Source of the DNA: the human T2T-CHM13v2.0 reference genome, Homo sapiens
DNA: 64,000 bases
Assembly: GCF_009914755.1 (NCBI RefSeq)
Contig: NC_060927.1
Reading direction: 5' to 3' (one strand)
Position 1 is the first letter of the stretch, and every line of letters starts with the position of its first letter. Below the pieces are notes generated by a model that saw only the letters and a program-made list of their open reading frames with translations, did not search any database and was not told the origin of the DNA. The translations under genes were made by a program, and so were the position numbers. This document shows, one piece after another, positions 11,686-30,250 of this stretch.

Positions 11686-12633
11686 AAAATTAAATTTATT
11701 CACTTATATTTTTCTTTAGTGAGGAAACCAAAGGAAAAGATAATTTAGGTTATATTCTGAAAGAAATAAACAGTCACTGGCTTTCTGGTTCTTCATGTAA
11801 AGAAGATTCAGGACAAGATATTTCTTTTGAAAAAGATAATCTTGTAAAAATGAGTGTGCCAAAGAAGTTGACATTTTAAGTAAGTTAATATTTTACACAA
11901 AAGCTCTTCTTCTGTTACCTCTTATGCTTACTGGAAGAAAGCAACCAGCACAGAGAAAGAAACGTTGGGTAACAAGCTGGAAGAGATAACAATAATAGCA
12001 GTTATTGTAAAGCCATATGAATTGAAGGGTGGGGTTGTGATTATTAACCTCCTGTGGTTTGCAAGATGATTTCTAGTCACCATTTTGTACAGACTGTCTC
12101 ATGAATTTAACAACATGCTTTTTAAATGTGGAAGGTTACAGAATTGTAGGGGTAGCAGAATCGTTTATGTGAAGGTACTTAATTAAAAAAAATTTTGACT
12201 GCCATTGAACCATTTATGAAATGCAAATTTATTAAAGTTTCATAGCTTGAGTAAGGGTTTTAATATTTTATATGTTATCTGGCCATTTGTAAAGTTTTCA
12301 AAATCTGGTTATTCATGAGCTCAGAATATTCTAATGTTATTTAATATTATACATATTAATATAATATTTTAGATATTCTCTTTAGAGGCTAACATTATAT
12401 TGATTTATGTCTTCTTCAGGAAAAGAACCTCTATAGACATCTGTATTAGCGTAATCCTATAAGAGTATATATTTCAATAAAACATAGTTTGAATTATATT
12501 TTAGATAGCTTTGAATTTAACCTTTTCAGTAGATAATAGAATTACAAGTATATTTCAATATTATTCCTCATGGAGTAGAAAAAGTATTAAGTCCTGAGTT
12601 TTTTTACTGAGTTTAGATATCTTATCTTAGTCA

Positions 12634-12770
<137 letters not shown>

Positions 12771-13634
12771 ATTAATTATTTAGCCATAGTACCTGTTTTT
12801 CTCTTTCTTTTATATATCATTTCATTCATCCACATCTGGTTTATGCAAATGGTTCTCTAATATAATCCACATCAATTGATTAAAAAAACTAAGAACTGTG
12901 TAACTGATGGCTATATAAATGTGCTTTTTGACGTATGTTTCCACTATATTTGAGGTGCAGACTGAGACACATCCAACCAGAGATCATTGCCTCTAATCAG
13001 ACATTACCTTTAGGTTTGGGCATAAGCTCTGTTTTGGTTTTAAAACTGATGAATGAAGTTTTCTAGAAAATGAATTAGATTGTAGGAATATTCATCTTAA
13101 TATACTTCGAACTGTGGAAAAATATTTGCAGACCATCTCTTCTTCCTCACTAATCTTGTACTGAAGTAAGAAAAAATGAGAAATAAGCTAAATGCATCTC
13201 TAAGAAAGTATCGTATCATGAAAGGCAGAGTCAACAACGGTGAAAAACCTAAGAAGCAAAATTGTTTTTCTGCATTTTTGTACAAACCAGCTTTTATTTT
13301 GTTATTGAGGAAGTATAAATAGTGGTAAGGGTAATGAAATATTTTTCTGAATCATTTTGTTAGCGTTCAGCAGGAGGTCTTTATACTGTTTCCTTGTTGC
13401 TTAGACGTAAGAATGTGATGGAGCTGAGAAGGGAGAATAAACTGCAGGCCGAGGTGGAATTGTTCTTCAGCTCACACTTCCACTCCTACGTTCCTCCAAT
13501 ACCAGAGGATTTCCTTGTGTTCGAAGTTGTGATCTGCTGTGACTCAAGACTGAGGCTCAGGGCTCCTCCTGGCCAAAGGTGAAGAAGCCTATAGGATGCA
13601 GTGATGCTGCTGCTGTAATAAATTGGACTCAAGG

Positions 13635-13849
13635 CAGGATTTCTCAACCTTGTCCCTGTTCACATTTTGAGCTAGGTAATTTGTTGTGGAGGCTGTCCTA
13701 GGCATTTTAGTATGTTCAGCAGCAGCCCTGGCCCCTACCCACTCGATGCCAGTATCATCCTCCCCACCCCAGTGGTGACAACCGAAAGTGTCTGCAGACA
13801 TTGTCCCTGGGAAGGGGGAGGGCAAAATAGTCCCTGGTTGAGAACCACT
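13635..13849 (-). mobile_element. MER20 DNA transposon
   Basis: Terminal inverted ends caggatttctcaacc / ggttgagaaccact; internal cccctacccactcgatgccagta. Confidence 0.85.
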
Positions 13850-13984
13850 CCTCTAAACTAGACCTTGTGTGGATGAAGGAGGCATAAACCAGAGAGGAGG
13901 TTTGAACCTAGAGTAAACTAGCAGCAGTTAAGACTTCCCTTTCCCCAGAGCATTGCAATTCATGCTTCTCTTCAAAAATAATAA

Positions 13985-14280
<296 letters not shown>

Positions 14281-15235
14281 TACAACACTATTGTGCTTCT
14301 GACAATATAACTTTGGTCAGTTCATTAAATCCACACCTAAGAGAAATACGTAGTATTCAGGGATTAACATTTGTTGGAAATTTTGGTTCCCTGGAGGGAG
14401 AAGGAATATTCAAAAGAGGAGTGTGTTCTGGTTGAGGTGATGAACTTGGATGGCCAGAGATTATCTCTGGGAAGCCTGATGACTAAGCAGAGAGGCCTGT
14501 GTGTTAAGTATGAGAAGTCCTGAAGGGGAGGTTGAGAGCAACTATGTTGCAGTTTTGTTTCCTGCCCCCTTAAGTCTTTACTGGGAGACAGTTGGAAGGT
14601 GCTCATCCTTTACTCATCTTCCTCCAGCTCACCTCATAGCCTCTTTCCAGCCCACTCCAGGCTTCTATTCAATACCTGACCTCCCTGCTGGGATAGAAAG
14701 GATGCACTTTATGCATTCTGTCCTTCTTTATTTTCATTTTTACAATTAGCTCCTTCTGTCCCCTCCCCTCCCCTCCCCTCCCTCCCATCTTTCCTAACAA
14801 ATAACAGTGTGTCCAGGGCGACTCCTGCTGCTTAACTTCACACACCTACCTGTGCCCAAACCTCTCAGCAAGCCTGTCAAGAAGGGGGCAGCAGAGACAG
14901 TAGTGATTGGTGATTGCATTGTAATAAAGTGCCTCGAATCTGACAGCCTGTGGTTAGCACATACGGGGTGGCTGCCAACCCCCTGGAATACAGTATTAAG
15001 TATACTGTTAGCAAGTTCGTTAATGTGGAATTAACTCAATGATCATGGATCTTTAATTTACTCTGAATCAGACACGGTTGTTTTTGTCCTTAAGTTTTAA
15101 ATGAAATGGACATTTAAAAACCTATGCAGCATATTCCTAAGCTTTCAGCAATCACACTATTAGCCACCCTACCTGTTGGGACAATTAAGATTCTGCATTT
15201 TACAGGGGGCACATTTGGAAATTAAACATTCCTAG

Positions 15236-15598
<363 letters not shown>

Positions 15599-15844
15599 TA
15601 AATGAGCAAGAACAATCTCAAGTCCACCAAAAGGTTCTAACCAACTAGAATAATTTTTATAAACAAGGTAGGTAATAAATGAAATAATTCTTTACAATAT
15701 AAAAAAAACTTTGATTAAAGTGAGTGATTTGAGAAGCTAAAACTTGCTTTTCAAATTTAGGAATAGTCTTGTATTAGAATGGATGATGTAGGTAGAAATA
15801 TTTTATCTGTAATGTCTGTATAAATTGAAAATGGAAACACAATT

Positions 15845-17128
15845 TTTTTAAAAAAAGTTTAGATTCAGGGGATACGTGTTTGAGGATGCCGGTTCGTTAC
15901 ATGGGTATATTGGGTGATGCTGGGATTTAGGCTTCTAGTGAACCCATCACACAACTAGTGAATGTAGTACCTGATATATACATTTCAGGTCCCGCCTCCC
16001 TGCTTCCCTCCCTCTTTTAGGAGTCCCAGTGTCTAGTGTTTCCATCTTTATGTGTATATATACCCAGTGTTTAGCTCCCACTTTTAAGTTAGACATGTAG
16101 TATTTGATTTTCTGTTTCTGCATAAATTCACTTAATGGCCTCCAGCTGCATTCATGATGCTGCAAAGGACATGATTTTGGTTTTGTTTTTTTTTTTTATG
16201 GCTGCATAGTATTTCGTGGTTTATGTGTACCATATTGTCTTTATCCAGTTCACCGTTGATGAACACAGGTTGATTCCATGACTTTGCTATTGCCAGTAGT
16301 GCTGCAGTGCTGCAATGAACATACAAGTGCAGGTTTCCTGTTTTTTTTTGTGGGGCGGGGACAGGGTCTCCTTCTGTTATTCAGCCTGGAGTGTAGTGGC
16401 GTGATCATGGCTCACTGCAACCTTGAACTGCTGGGCTCAAGCGATCTTCTTGCCTCAGCCTCTGAGTAGCTGGGACTATAGGCATGTGCCACCATACCTG
16501 GCTAATTATTTTGAATTTTCTGTAGAAACAAGGTCTTGCTATATTGCCCAGGTTAGTCTCAAACTTCTGGGCTCAAGCAGTCTTCTTGCTTCAGTCTCCC
16601 AAAAGAGTGGGATTATAGGTGCAGGCCACCAAACTGAGCCAAGGTGTCAAACAATTTTTTTTTGCTTAGGATAGACACCCAGTAGTAGTATTGCTGGGTA
16701 GAATGGTAGTTTTATTTTTAGTTATTTGAGAAATTTTCATACTGTTTTCCATAGAGGTTGAACTAATTTACATTCCCACCAATGGTGTGTAAGCATTCCT
16801 TTTTCTCTACATCCTCTCCAACATCTGTTATTTTTTTACTTTTTAATTATAGCTATTCTGATTGGTGTAAGATGGTATTTCATTGTGGTTTTAATTTGCA
16901 TTTCTGTGATGATTAAGGATGTAGAGCATTTTTTCTTGTTTGTGGGCCATTTATATGTCTTCTTTTGAGAAGTGTCTGTTCATGTCATTCGCCCCTTTTT
17001 AATGGGTTTTTTTTTTCTTTTTGATTTGTTTAAGTTTCTTACAGATTCTAGATATTAGTCCTTTCTTGGATGCATAGTTTGCAAGTATTTTCTCACATTA
17101 TGTAGATTGCGTGTTTATTCTGTTGATT
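15845..17128 (-). mobile_element. 5'-truncated old L1 (L1PB / late L1PA type) 3' end, interrupted by an AluJ at ~16340-16641
   Basis: Typical antisense L1 3' motifs (ggctgcatagtatt, actaatttacattcccacca, ttaatttgcatttct, tcttttgagaagtgtctgttcatgtc). TSD-like ggaaaca..ttt on both flanks. Confidence 0.88.
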
Positions 17129-17293
17129 GGGAAACAAGATTTAATTGGTTACGTGATCACAATTAACAGAGAAAACAGATTTCTTGTTTTTTTTTTCTGT
17201 TTTCTTCTTTTATAATCATCCGTGTCGTTTTGCAGCATTTTTTCCTTATCTTTAGGTTTTATTGGCTTTGAGGAGTGTTATATTTTCTTTCTA

Positions 17294-17611
<318 letters not shown>

Positions 17612-18169
17612 TAAAAAGTCTATATTGAGAAAATACTCACTTATGAATCGCTCTATATAGTAGCCAAGAAAATGTATGTATTAAATTGAAACAATTGTGC
17701 AGGATGTTTTACAATGTCATTATTTGCATTTACCTTTTATAGCCTGGGAATAATTTTTAATGCAACATTTTCAGTGGAAATGAAATTCACCCTTTGATTA
17801 ATTATAATTTATTATTTTAAAAATGTAATAATTATTTTTAAAAGTATTATCTCTCTTTACATTTTATAGCAAACTTAACTCATAATTTTTCTGTTTAAAC
17901 TTTACTCAGAAGAGTATCACTTTATGAGTAGGACCAAAAAAAAAAGAATGTATGTGAATTCCCTAAAGTCACTGTGTAGTTGTTTGCATTGATCAAGGTG
18001 GTGATAATTTTGGCAAAATATTTGCCCTCTTAAATACAAGTAATAGAATTATTAATAATTGATTTGTACTGGCCAGTAGGGATGCATAAAAAATGTATTC
18101 AGAATGGCATGTTGTAAACAATTTTGTATAATGAATAGAGTAGATAATACAGCAGAAATAAATAAACCA

Positions 18170-18266
18170 GGCCAGTTGTGGTGGCTCACACCTGTAATCC
18201 TAGCACTCTGGGAGGCTGAGGCTGGAGGATCACTTGAGCTCAGGAGTTTGAGACCAGCCTGGGCAA
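18170..18266 (+). mobile_element. 3'-truncated Alu left arm
   Basis: Stops at ...cctgggcaa with no tail and directly abuts L1 sequence. Confidence 0.8.
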
Positions 18267-18708
18267 GAAGGAAGGTCTAGGGCTGAAGGCTATTGTTCAG
18301 ATTCATTTGTCCCATGGGGTGTTCCCTTGATGTGATACTCACCCCCTCTTCCTATGGATGTGGCTTCTTGAGAGCCCAGCTGTAATGATTGTTATCTCAC
18401 TCCTGGATCTAGCCACTAGGCAAGTCGACCAGGCTCCGGGCTGGTACTGGGGGTTGTCTGCACAGAGTCCTGTGAGGTGAACCACCTGTGGGTCTCTCGG
18501 CCATGGATACCAGCACTGTATTTGGGGTGTTTCCTGGGTCCTGCAGGAGCAATCTGTTTCCTTCAGGGGGTCTGTGGGTCCCCTAGGTTTCCTGATTTAT
18601 TCCTGCAGTCATTCTGGAGCAAAAATTCATGATGAGAGCCTCCACACACTGCTCTGTCTGTCCGAGTCGGAGCTGCAATCTAGTCCTGCCTCCCGTTTGT
18701 CATGATCC
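18267..18708 (-). mobile_element. L1PB(a)-type 5' UTR fragment with internal gap
   Basis: Minus strand begins GGATCATGACAAACGGGAGGCAGGACTAGATTGCAGCTCCGACTCGGAC, resembling the recalled L1PBa 5' end. Confidence 0.75.
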
Positions 18709-19154
18709 TATGTGCATTTTAGAGCAAAGATGAAATCTGTATGAAACTTATTATCTAAAAAATTGATCTTTCAGTGTATTTTTCTTCTGGTATTTTAAAA
18801 AAATATATAGTTCACTTAAACAGAGTTAGAGCTTTTGTCCAAAATACTAAGTTATGATTTGCATAGCAACCATAATTCACTTCTTACATAACTGTCTGCT
18901 TCATGCCATAGTGAATATATGCAATATATTCAAACATATCTTTCCTTAAGATTGAATGTGTAGTTCTTAAGAATAGAAGGTTGAGGAAGGTCAAAGGCAA
19001 TGTGGTGTTTGTAGAATTTGCAGATTAAGAACAGGTAGGTTGCTAAGTGATTGAAGTATTTACTTAGAACTGCAGCCATAATATTTTACTGTTTTGAACT
19101 AGGAAAAATGATGTTAAAATGCACATTTAAATTCATGATGTATGGAACTCATGA

Positions 19155-20027
<873 letters not shown>

Positions 20028-20225
20028 TAGAACAGAAGCTGGTGCAAGTCAGTACTCAGTATTTGTTTAATGAATGAATGAGTGAAAAAATTATTGATAA
20101 GGGGAAAGAAAGTAATTTTGACTGCAACGCTAAAAATAAATTACAATTACCGGAAGAATTGGAATGCCTGTATTTCAAAGCTCTGGGTCAACTTCAGGCA
20201 AATATTATAGAATGAAAATCTGTAG

Positions 20226-20566
<341 letters not shown>

Positions 20567-20861
20567 TTATAGCTTGGAATGGCAATGCTCATAATTATAG
20601 TGTTAATTGGACTTAAACTTTTGTACAGTTGTCAAAAGCAAAGTCAAAATAGTTTCAGAATTTTGAGGAAAGAAGTATACTGCATTGTTTTATAGACCTA
20701 TGTCCTCTTCTGCACTGGTTTTCCAAATGCAGGTGTGCCTTGGTTTATACAGTGGATATGATTCTGAAAAAGCTATATATCAAAATTAAATCATATTTAA
20801 AAACTTGCTACTTTTTAATGATTCAAATTTGTGTTATAACACTCTCACACTGGAATTTTCT

Positions 20862-21229
<368 letters not shown>

Positions 21230-21272
21230 TCACACTGGAATTTTCTACGCACCTGATGAGGTATGCTTGTGG

Positions 21273-21440
21273 CAGTGGTTCTCAAAGTGGGGTCCTGGAA
21301 CCAGCAGCATCAGCAGCACTTTGTTAAATATGCAGATTCTCAGGTCCCACCTCAGACTTAATCAGAAACACTGAGGGTGGGGACTAATAATTTTTACCCT
21401 CCAGGTACTTTTATTCATGGTAGTGTTTGAGAATCACTGC
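21273..21440. mobile_element. MER5A-type MITE
   Basis: cagtggttctcaaagtgggg ... tttgagaatcactg inverted termini. Confidence 0.8.
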
Positions 21441-21617
21441 TTGATGAGATATAGAAATAAAAACTTGTTATGGATGGTGGCTGTTTTGTAGACAAGATAA
21501 AGACATATGCACAAATGACAGTAATAACTAATAAAAGTGACATTTGCCATAAGATGGTCATAAAGTGCAATTGGAATTTGGGGGAGATGTGATTACTTCA
21601 TTATGAACATGATATCC

Positions 21618-21654
21618 TCATTCATTCATTCATTCATTCATTCATTCATTCATT
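21618..21654. repeat. (CATT)n, probably an L2 3' tail
   Basis: Direct observation. Confidence 0.85.
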
Positions 21655-21774
21655 GAGGCATTCTAGGTCCTAAGACTAAGTAAGGCACAGTCTTTGACTT
21701 AACAAGCTGAAGTGACATAATAGGTGGTTCTCCTTGCTAATTACCACATGGCTAGATTACACAATCCAATGATC

Positions 21775-21953
21775 TCCACACTTAAAAGTGCATTTGAATC
21801 ACTTGGCAGGCTTATTAAAACACAAATTGTCAAACCCCATGCCCAGAGTTTCTGGTTCGGTAAGTAGGTGGGTGCCAAAAATTAGTATTTCCAAAAATTT
21901 TTCAGGAGATAACTGATGCCACTTGTCCAGGGTTTGCAATTTGAGAATCACTG
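21775..21953. mobile_element. MER5-type MITE
   Basis: gaatcacttggcaggcttattaaaacacaaattg ... tttgagaatcactg. Confidence 0.7.
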
Positions 21954-23929
21954 ATATAGTCAGTAATTTAAAGACAGTAGTACTAATGCCCAGAAATATG
22001 ACTTTGTTTAACAAAGCTGGCCTAAGCTAGAAATGAAACCAGATTCCCAGTTCAACATAACCTCTACTGCAGCCTGCCTTTGTGACCCCTGAAAGAGGAT
22101 GCCTGTTTGATCTCACAGGGATTCTAACACTTACAGGACAGTAAAGAATGGATGACTTTATGATACTTCATCTGTCTCATTTTTATGTTGTATTTTAATT
22201 TCTTATTCCAAAATCAGCCATGTTTCTGACATCTACAATGCAACTGTGAACCATCAAGCTCTCCATTCTGTGTAGGGAGATCTGATCTGTACATAAAAGT
22301 AACATTTGAATTACAATATCACCTTGAAAAGAGTAATATATAATATATTTTATTATCTTCCTGATAATAGGAGGTTTTGAGGACAAAGATCCTCAATTAC
22401 AAAATATTTCTCCCTTGTACCTCTCTGTTAGATGACTGTGAAACTAACAAAAGACCATGTTTGTTGAGAGAAAGGCATAAAAATATGTACTGGGAGACAA
22501 ATCAGTGGAGATAATAGGCTGTGGGTTCTTTGCTGATAATTCACTCTATTTCAAAAGTATGTGTGGTTTATCCATAAATCCATGATTAAGTTCTCTAATT
22601 CTGTAATTTGGAGAAAATATATTAATCTTTTTTGAATGGAGATAAAGATAGATTCCCCCAAATTTAATTAATCTATTTTGCATCCTTGAATGATTACATG
22701 AAAACTCAGACCCCTCAGCATAAATTATGTAATTGAATTTCAAATGATAATGTGGAAAAATTGGGCATGGATGAAAATAATATATTCCCAATTGTATAAT
22801 GACTTTCTTTGACCATTTAAAAATATTTTAATTGCTTTTATTTTAAATCAAGTATTTTAAGGAAACTATTTTGATGATTTGAAGGTGAGCACTGAGAAGG
22901 ACTAGAAATGAGGAAGAGAAGTAGGGGCCTGATGGTATTTTAGTCTCAACAGATGAATTCTGGTGGATATTGGATGGTTGGTTTGCTTAATCCTGTAGTG
23001 ATTAATGGCCTATCAAGGGATGAGAACATATTTTACACACTTATTTCCTAAATATATGTGCTAAATTCCTACCATGGAATCAATGCTATTACATAAAGGA
23101 TAGGGAAAATCTCTCTGTGTTTAGGTTTCTCCTCTCCCCTGCGGTTAATCTCCCCTTTCTCCCATTTTGTCAAATAGGGTATAAAAAATGTTAAGACTTC
23201 AACGCAGTTAAATCTTAGGCACTTTCACTTGTCACAGTCATCACCCAGTCTCCCAAATTAAAGAGCAGCTGTTCAGATTCTCTTGGGTAGGACATGATGA
23301 GTCTTATTTCCTACTTCCTGTGGAGCTCAGTTTAAACTATTTCTGATCCTCTAGAACTTGAGGTAATCATCTACTCTGTAAAAGAAGACAAAAACTCAAT
23401 ATTACTTTCTTGAGTAATTTGGATGGCCATTTATTGCTTTCATCCTGAGAACAACTGGTTTATTTTGCCTCCAAATATAGCATTCTTAGAGTTGCCTGAA
23501 AGAATTTATTTCATATACCTATGTTGCATCGCTAGAAATAGCATAAAGTTTCTGCCCCCTGTGAAATAAAGCCAGATAATTGGGTGATCTCTTTTTTTAA
23601 AAAAAGAGTTTTTGTGTTGTCAGTAATCCGACTTCGGCAGAAAGCTGCTTTCTGATGCAATTTAACTCAGTTTTCTGAAATTGGCTTCTTGGGCTCTAAA
23701 AAGAAAAAGAAAAGTGATGGTTGAGTGAGAGGAAAGAGAGAATTTTAACTAAGGATGAACTGGATCTCTAATAGGTTTTTTTCCCTTCTATCTACTTTTC
23801 CTGCGAGTAGAGGTTTAGGGGAAATTTTAGTTTTGAAGTGCCTTTCAGCCCAGATTTCCTGGCTTTTAAGTATACAGAGTAATTTCATCACTGAATCCAC
23901 TTGATTTCATTATTATGATGTAAAAATCA

Positions 23930-24619
<690 letters not shown>

Positions 24620-25229
24620 CCAGATGTTCTTAATATTAGTGTGTCAGATTGTTTTACCATTGTAGCTCAAACTTTAATATGCATGTAAGTCACCCAGAAA
24701 TTTTTCTAAAATGCAGGTCCTGATTGAATAGGTTTGAGATTCTGTAATTCTAACATGCTCCATGATGTTGCTGATGGTCTTCACTGGACATAGTCCTCCC
24801 TTTGAATATCTCAGATGTATACCATGTAATTCATAAGTGAGTTTATATGTGAAAGTTTATTACTGTCTTGTTCCTTACTTCTCTCTCTACTTTTTTTTTT
24901 GATATACATGAGACAGCTTCTCAAGATTAAATAATTTCTCTGGATTTCAAAGGTTTCATTGTAGAAAAAAATTATGATTATGGAAAAGAGCTTTAAAAAT
25001 AATTGTTTTCTAAGGTAGAGAATTTGGACTTAAAAGAAGGTTTTGTTTTCAATAATCAAAAGAAACCAAGGTTGAAACCTTAGCATCTCTTTGAATTAAA
25101 AAGTTTGAAAATGTGTCTAATTCCTAATGATTCATTTTGACTACCCTGAATTCTTCAGTTCTCATTTCAACATGAATGTCAGTGCTTAGAGAAATTTAGT
25201 GTCACTGAAAATCAGGTCCTATTTTATGA

Positions 25230-25585
<356 letters not shown>

Positions 25586-25798
25586 AGAATGTTATGTTTT
25601 AAGAGTCTGGATACCAAATAAATATGACGTGGTTCAATGACAGTTGAATTGTTTCATACTTTTTATCTCTCTCTTAATAAAATATACATTTGGGGAAATA
25701 GGAGTCCAGGAAATTTGGAGTGCCAGTGAATGGATAGCATATTCTGCATCCAATGTGTAATTAAATTGTGGGCCCAAAAGCCTCACAGATAAGATTAA

Positions 25799-25801
<3 letters not shown>

Positions 25802-25837
<36 letters not shown>

Positions 25838-26117
25838 AGACAGGGTCTCACTCTGTCGCCCAGGCTGGAGTGCAATGGTGCAATCACCATTCACTTCAGC
25901 CTTGACCTTCTGGGCTCAAGCAGTCCTCCCACCCCAGCCCTGCCAGTAGCTGGGACCATAGGTGCACATCACCACACCCAGCTAACTTTTGTATTTTTAG
26001 TAGAGATGGGGTTTCGCCATGTTGCCCAGGCTGGTCTCTTTCTCTTGGGCTCAAGTGATCTGCCTGCCGTGGCCCCCCAAGTGCTGGGATTGCAGGTATG
26101 AGTCACTGCGCCTGGCC
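25802..26117 (-). mobile_element. AluJ with long T tract
   Basis: Full diverged dimer. Confidence 0.9.
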
Positions 26118-26219
26118 TTCTGTTGTATTTCTGGGTTGATGCACAGATAATTTTATCTGTCAACTGTACCAATCAATTTCAACAACAATGGTTTATTTAG
26201 CACCTGCTGTGTGCCAGGT

Positions 26220-26226
<7 letters not shown>

Positions 26227-26278
<52 letters not shown>
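26227..26278. repeat. (TA)n microsatellite
   Basis: Direct observation. Confidence 0.95.
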
Positions 26279-26279
<1 letters not shown>

Positions 26280-26372
26280 TATGTAATCTCATATAATCCT
26301 TGACATAATACTACATGTAGACAATGTTTCTTCTTTTTTATCCCAGAGAATTTAAATAATTTATGAGGTTGA

Positions 26373-27105
<733 letters not shown>

Positions 27106-28349
27106 TGAAATGCTAACTAATTTTAAATATTTGTGTACAACAAATATAGCTGTGGTTCATGTTGTTTCTGTTGTAGAAAAAAATAGATTATATTACATTC
27201 TTAAACCAAGTAGTTGGTATATTATGATTTTTGTACTTTTGATTTTCCCATTTGATTGTCTTACTCTGTTAATTAAAGGGATTTAAACTTTTTTAAAAAA
27301 TTAGATGACCATGATAATAGTTGTTTTAAAAATGCTAATCCACATTTGTAGTTCATTAAAGGCAATCATGACAGCTCTGTCTGAGTCTTTGCCCCAGATA
27401 TAGTTATTGGCATTTCTTCACGATTTTATTGCTTAGTTTTTTTATTATGACTGTAATGTTTAGCATAAAAATGATTCAATCATTACTTTATAAGTAAACA
27501 GATTTGTTTAAAGTCCAGTTTTTCTCAAATGAAACTATTATGTTAAAACTAACCTTTTCATAGTGATTTATTTCTACAGTTTTCTCTTCAATACTTTCTA
27601 AAGATAAAGTGCTTGTCTTGTTCATTTATAAAATCAGGTATGAGCATAGAATGGCAGCAAGCAAAAGAAATACAGATTATGTCTGGTGAAGCCACTTACA
27701 TTTTCCTGTTGATTCCTACATTCTACTCATATCCACTTAAAATCTAACTCTAAAATGTCACACACTATATCAATAAACAAAACTTTTTGTAAAACTCTTA
27801 CAATTTTTTGTCATAGTTGAAAAATGATAATCAGTTTTCCTATAAATTGCTTTGAAAATAAATTATATATTTTTAACTCTAACATCTGTTTTGAAGCAGA
27901 CAAATCACTTGCCCAAGGAAGGAATTTCTCTTAATTTTTTTCCAGGAAATTTTTCCACACACTCATATAAAACTCTTATTTAAATAATTGTGGCTCACAA
28001 TGTGTCTAGAATATTTCTTTCCAAATTAGGTCTGCTTTGCAAATATTAAATGGTAATCTATCCTCATGTAGTTGTGAGGGAGAGAAAGTGGAATGCAATG
28101 TTGTAAACATTGTTCAGCAAGTTACATTTGTTTACTATCACATGCATTAATCTGGAATAGTTTTATTCTTTATTCTCCCATTTGATTGTTAGATTGTCAG
28201 TTGGTGTCATTAAACTCACTGAAGGATAGTGTTTGTCACAAGTTCACTTAAGCAAGATGCCCATATTCTAGCTCTACATTTAAAGTTGCTTCACTTCGTA
28301 GGAACTCGTTTTGCATTTATTAGGAAGATTAGCAGGAATTTAAAAAAAA

Positions 28350-28478
28350 AATTTGTTTTGAAATGAGTTCTCACTATGTTGCCCACGCTGGCCTGAAAGC
28401 CCTGGTCTCAAGAGATCCTGATACCTTAACCTTCTGAGTATCTAGGTCTGTAGTTATGCACCACCACATCCAGCTAGA
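28350..28478 (-). mobile_element. Diverged Alu monomer (FLAM)
   Basis: ctcactatgttgcccacgctggcc...caccaccacatccagct. Confidence 0.65.
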
Positions 28479-29135
28479 TTTTTATTTTTTTAGTAACTTT
28501 TTCTATCATTTGATTAATGGAGTCACTTTTAGTTTGCAACAATCATGTCAGTGCAATTAAGGCATCCATTTATAAATGCTACAAACACAATCCTTTTTAA
28601 AAATTAAATTTTGGGTGCCTAACTGTCATTCGTGAATGTGCTTCCTTAGCTAGAGTCAAAAGATAAAAGCCTTGTTTTTTAATTAAATACTTTGGGTGGA
28701 TGTTTGGAATGTAATTGAGATTTTTATTTTATTGAAGGCAACTTTTAATTTATTCTTTTGTTGAATCAAACTATAATGTATAGTGTTTTAATTAGAGCAT
28801 AGTATCAGTCAGTTATGCTGTAGGTTTAAAAGAGTAATGGGAGTAGCTTACAAAATATTAATCTTAAGAACTCAATACATTCAAGCATTTCAGATTTTTA
28901 AATAATTTTAACCAATTATTTAAATAATTGGTTTTAAATAATTGGTTTCAAGTCATGTACTAATTTTAAGAGATTGTTGTGAATATGGTAGATATTACCT
29001 GAAACAAGACAATGAGATAAATGTTTCAGGCTTGAATTCTGGAAAGTACAACTGAATGTATTTTCTTAGCTTGTGCATGGGAAAATTGTCTTTAATAGCT
29101 CTAAAATACGGGTCTGAAAAATATAGGTATATTTA

Positions 29136-29569
<434 letters not shown>

Positions 29570-29633
29570 TTACTGATAGTAATTACATTATGAAACTTGG
29601 AGGAATGGTAACTTTTCTTTCTTCATTTTTTAA

Positions 29634-30250
<617 letters not shown>

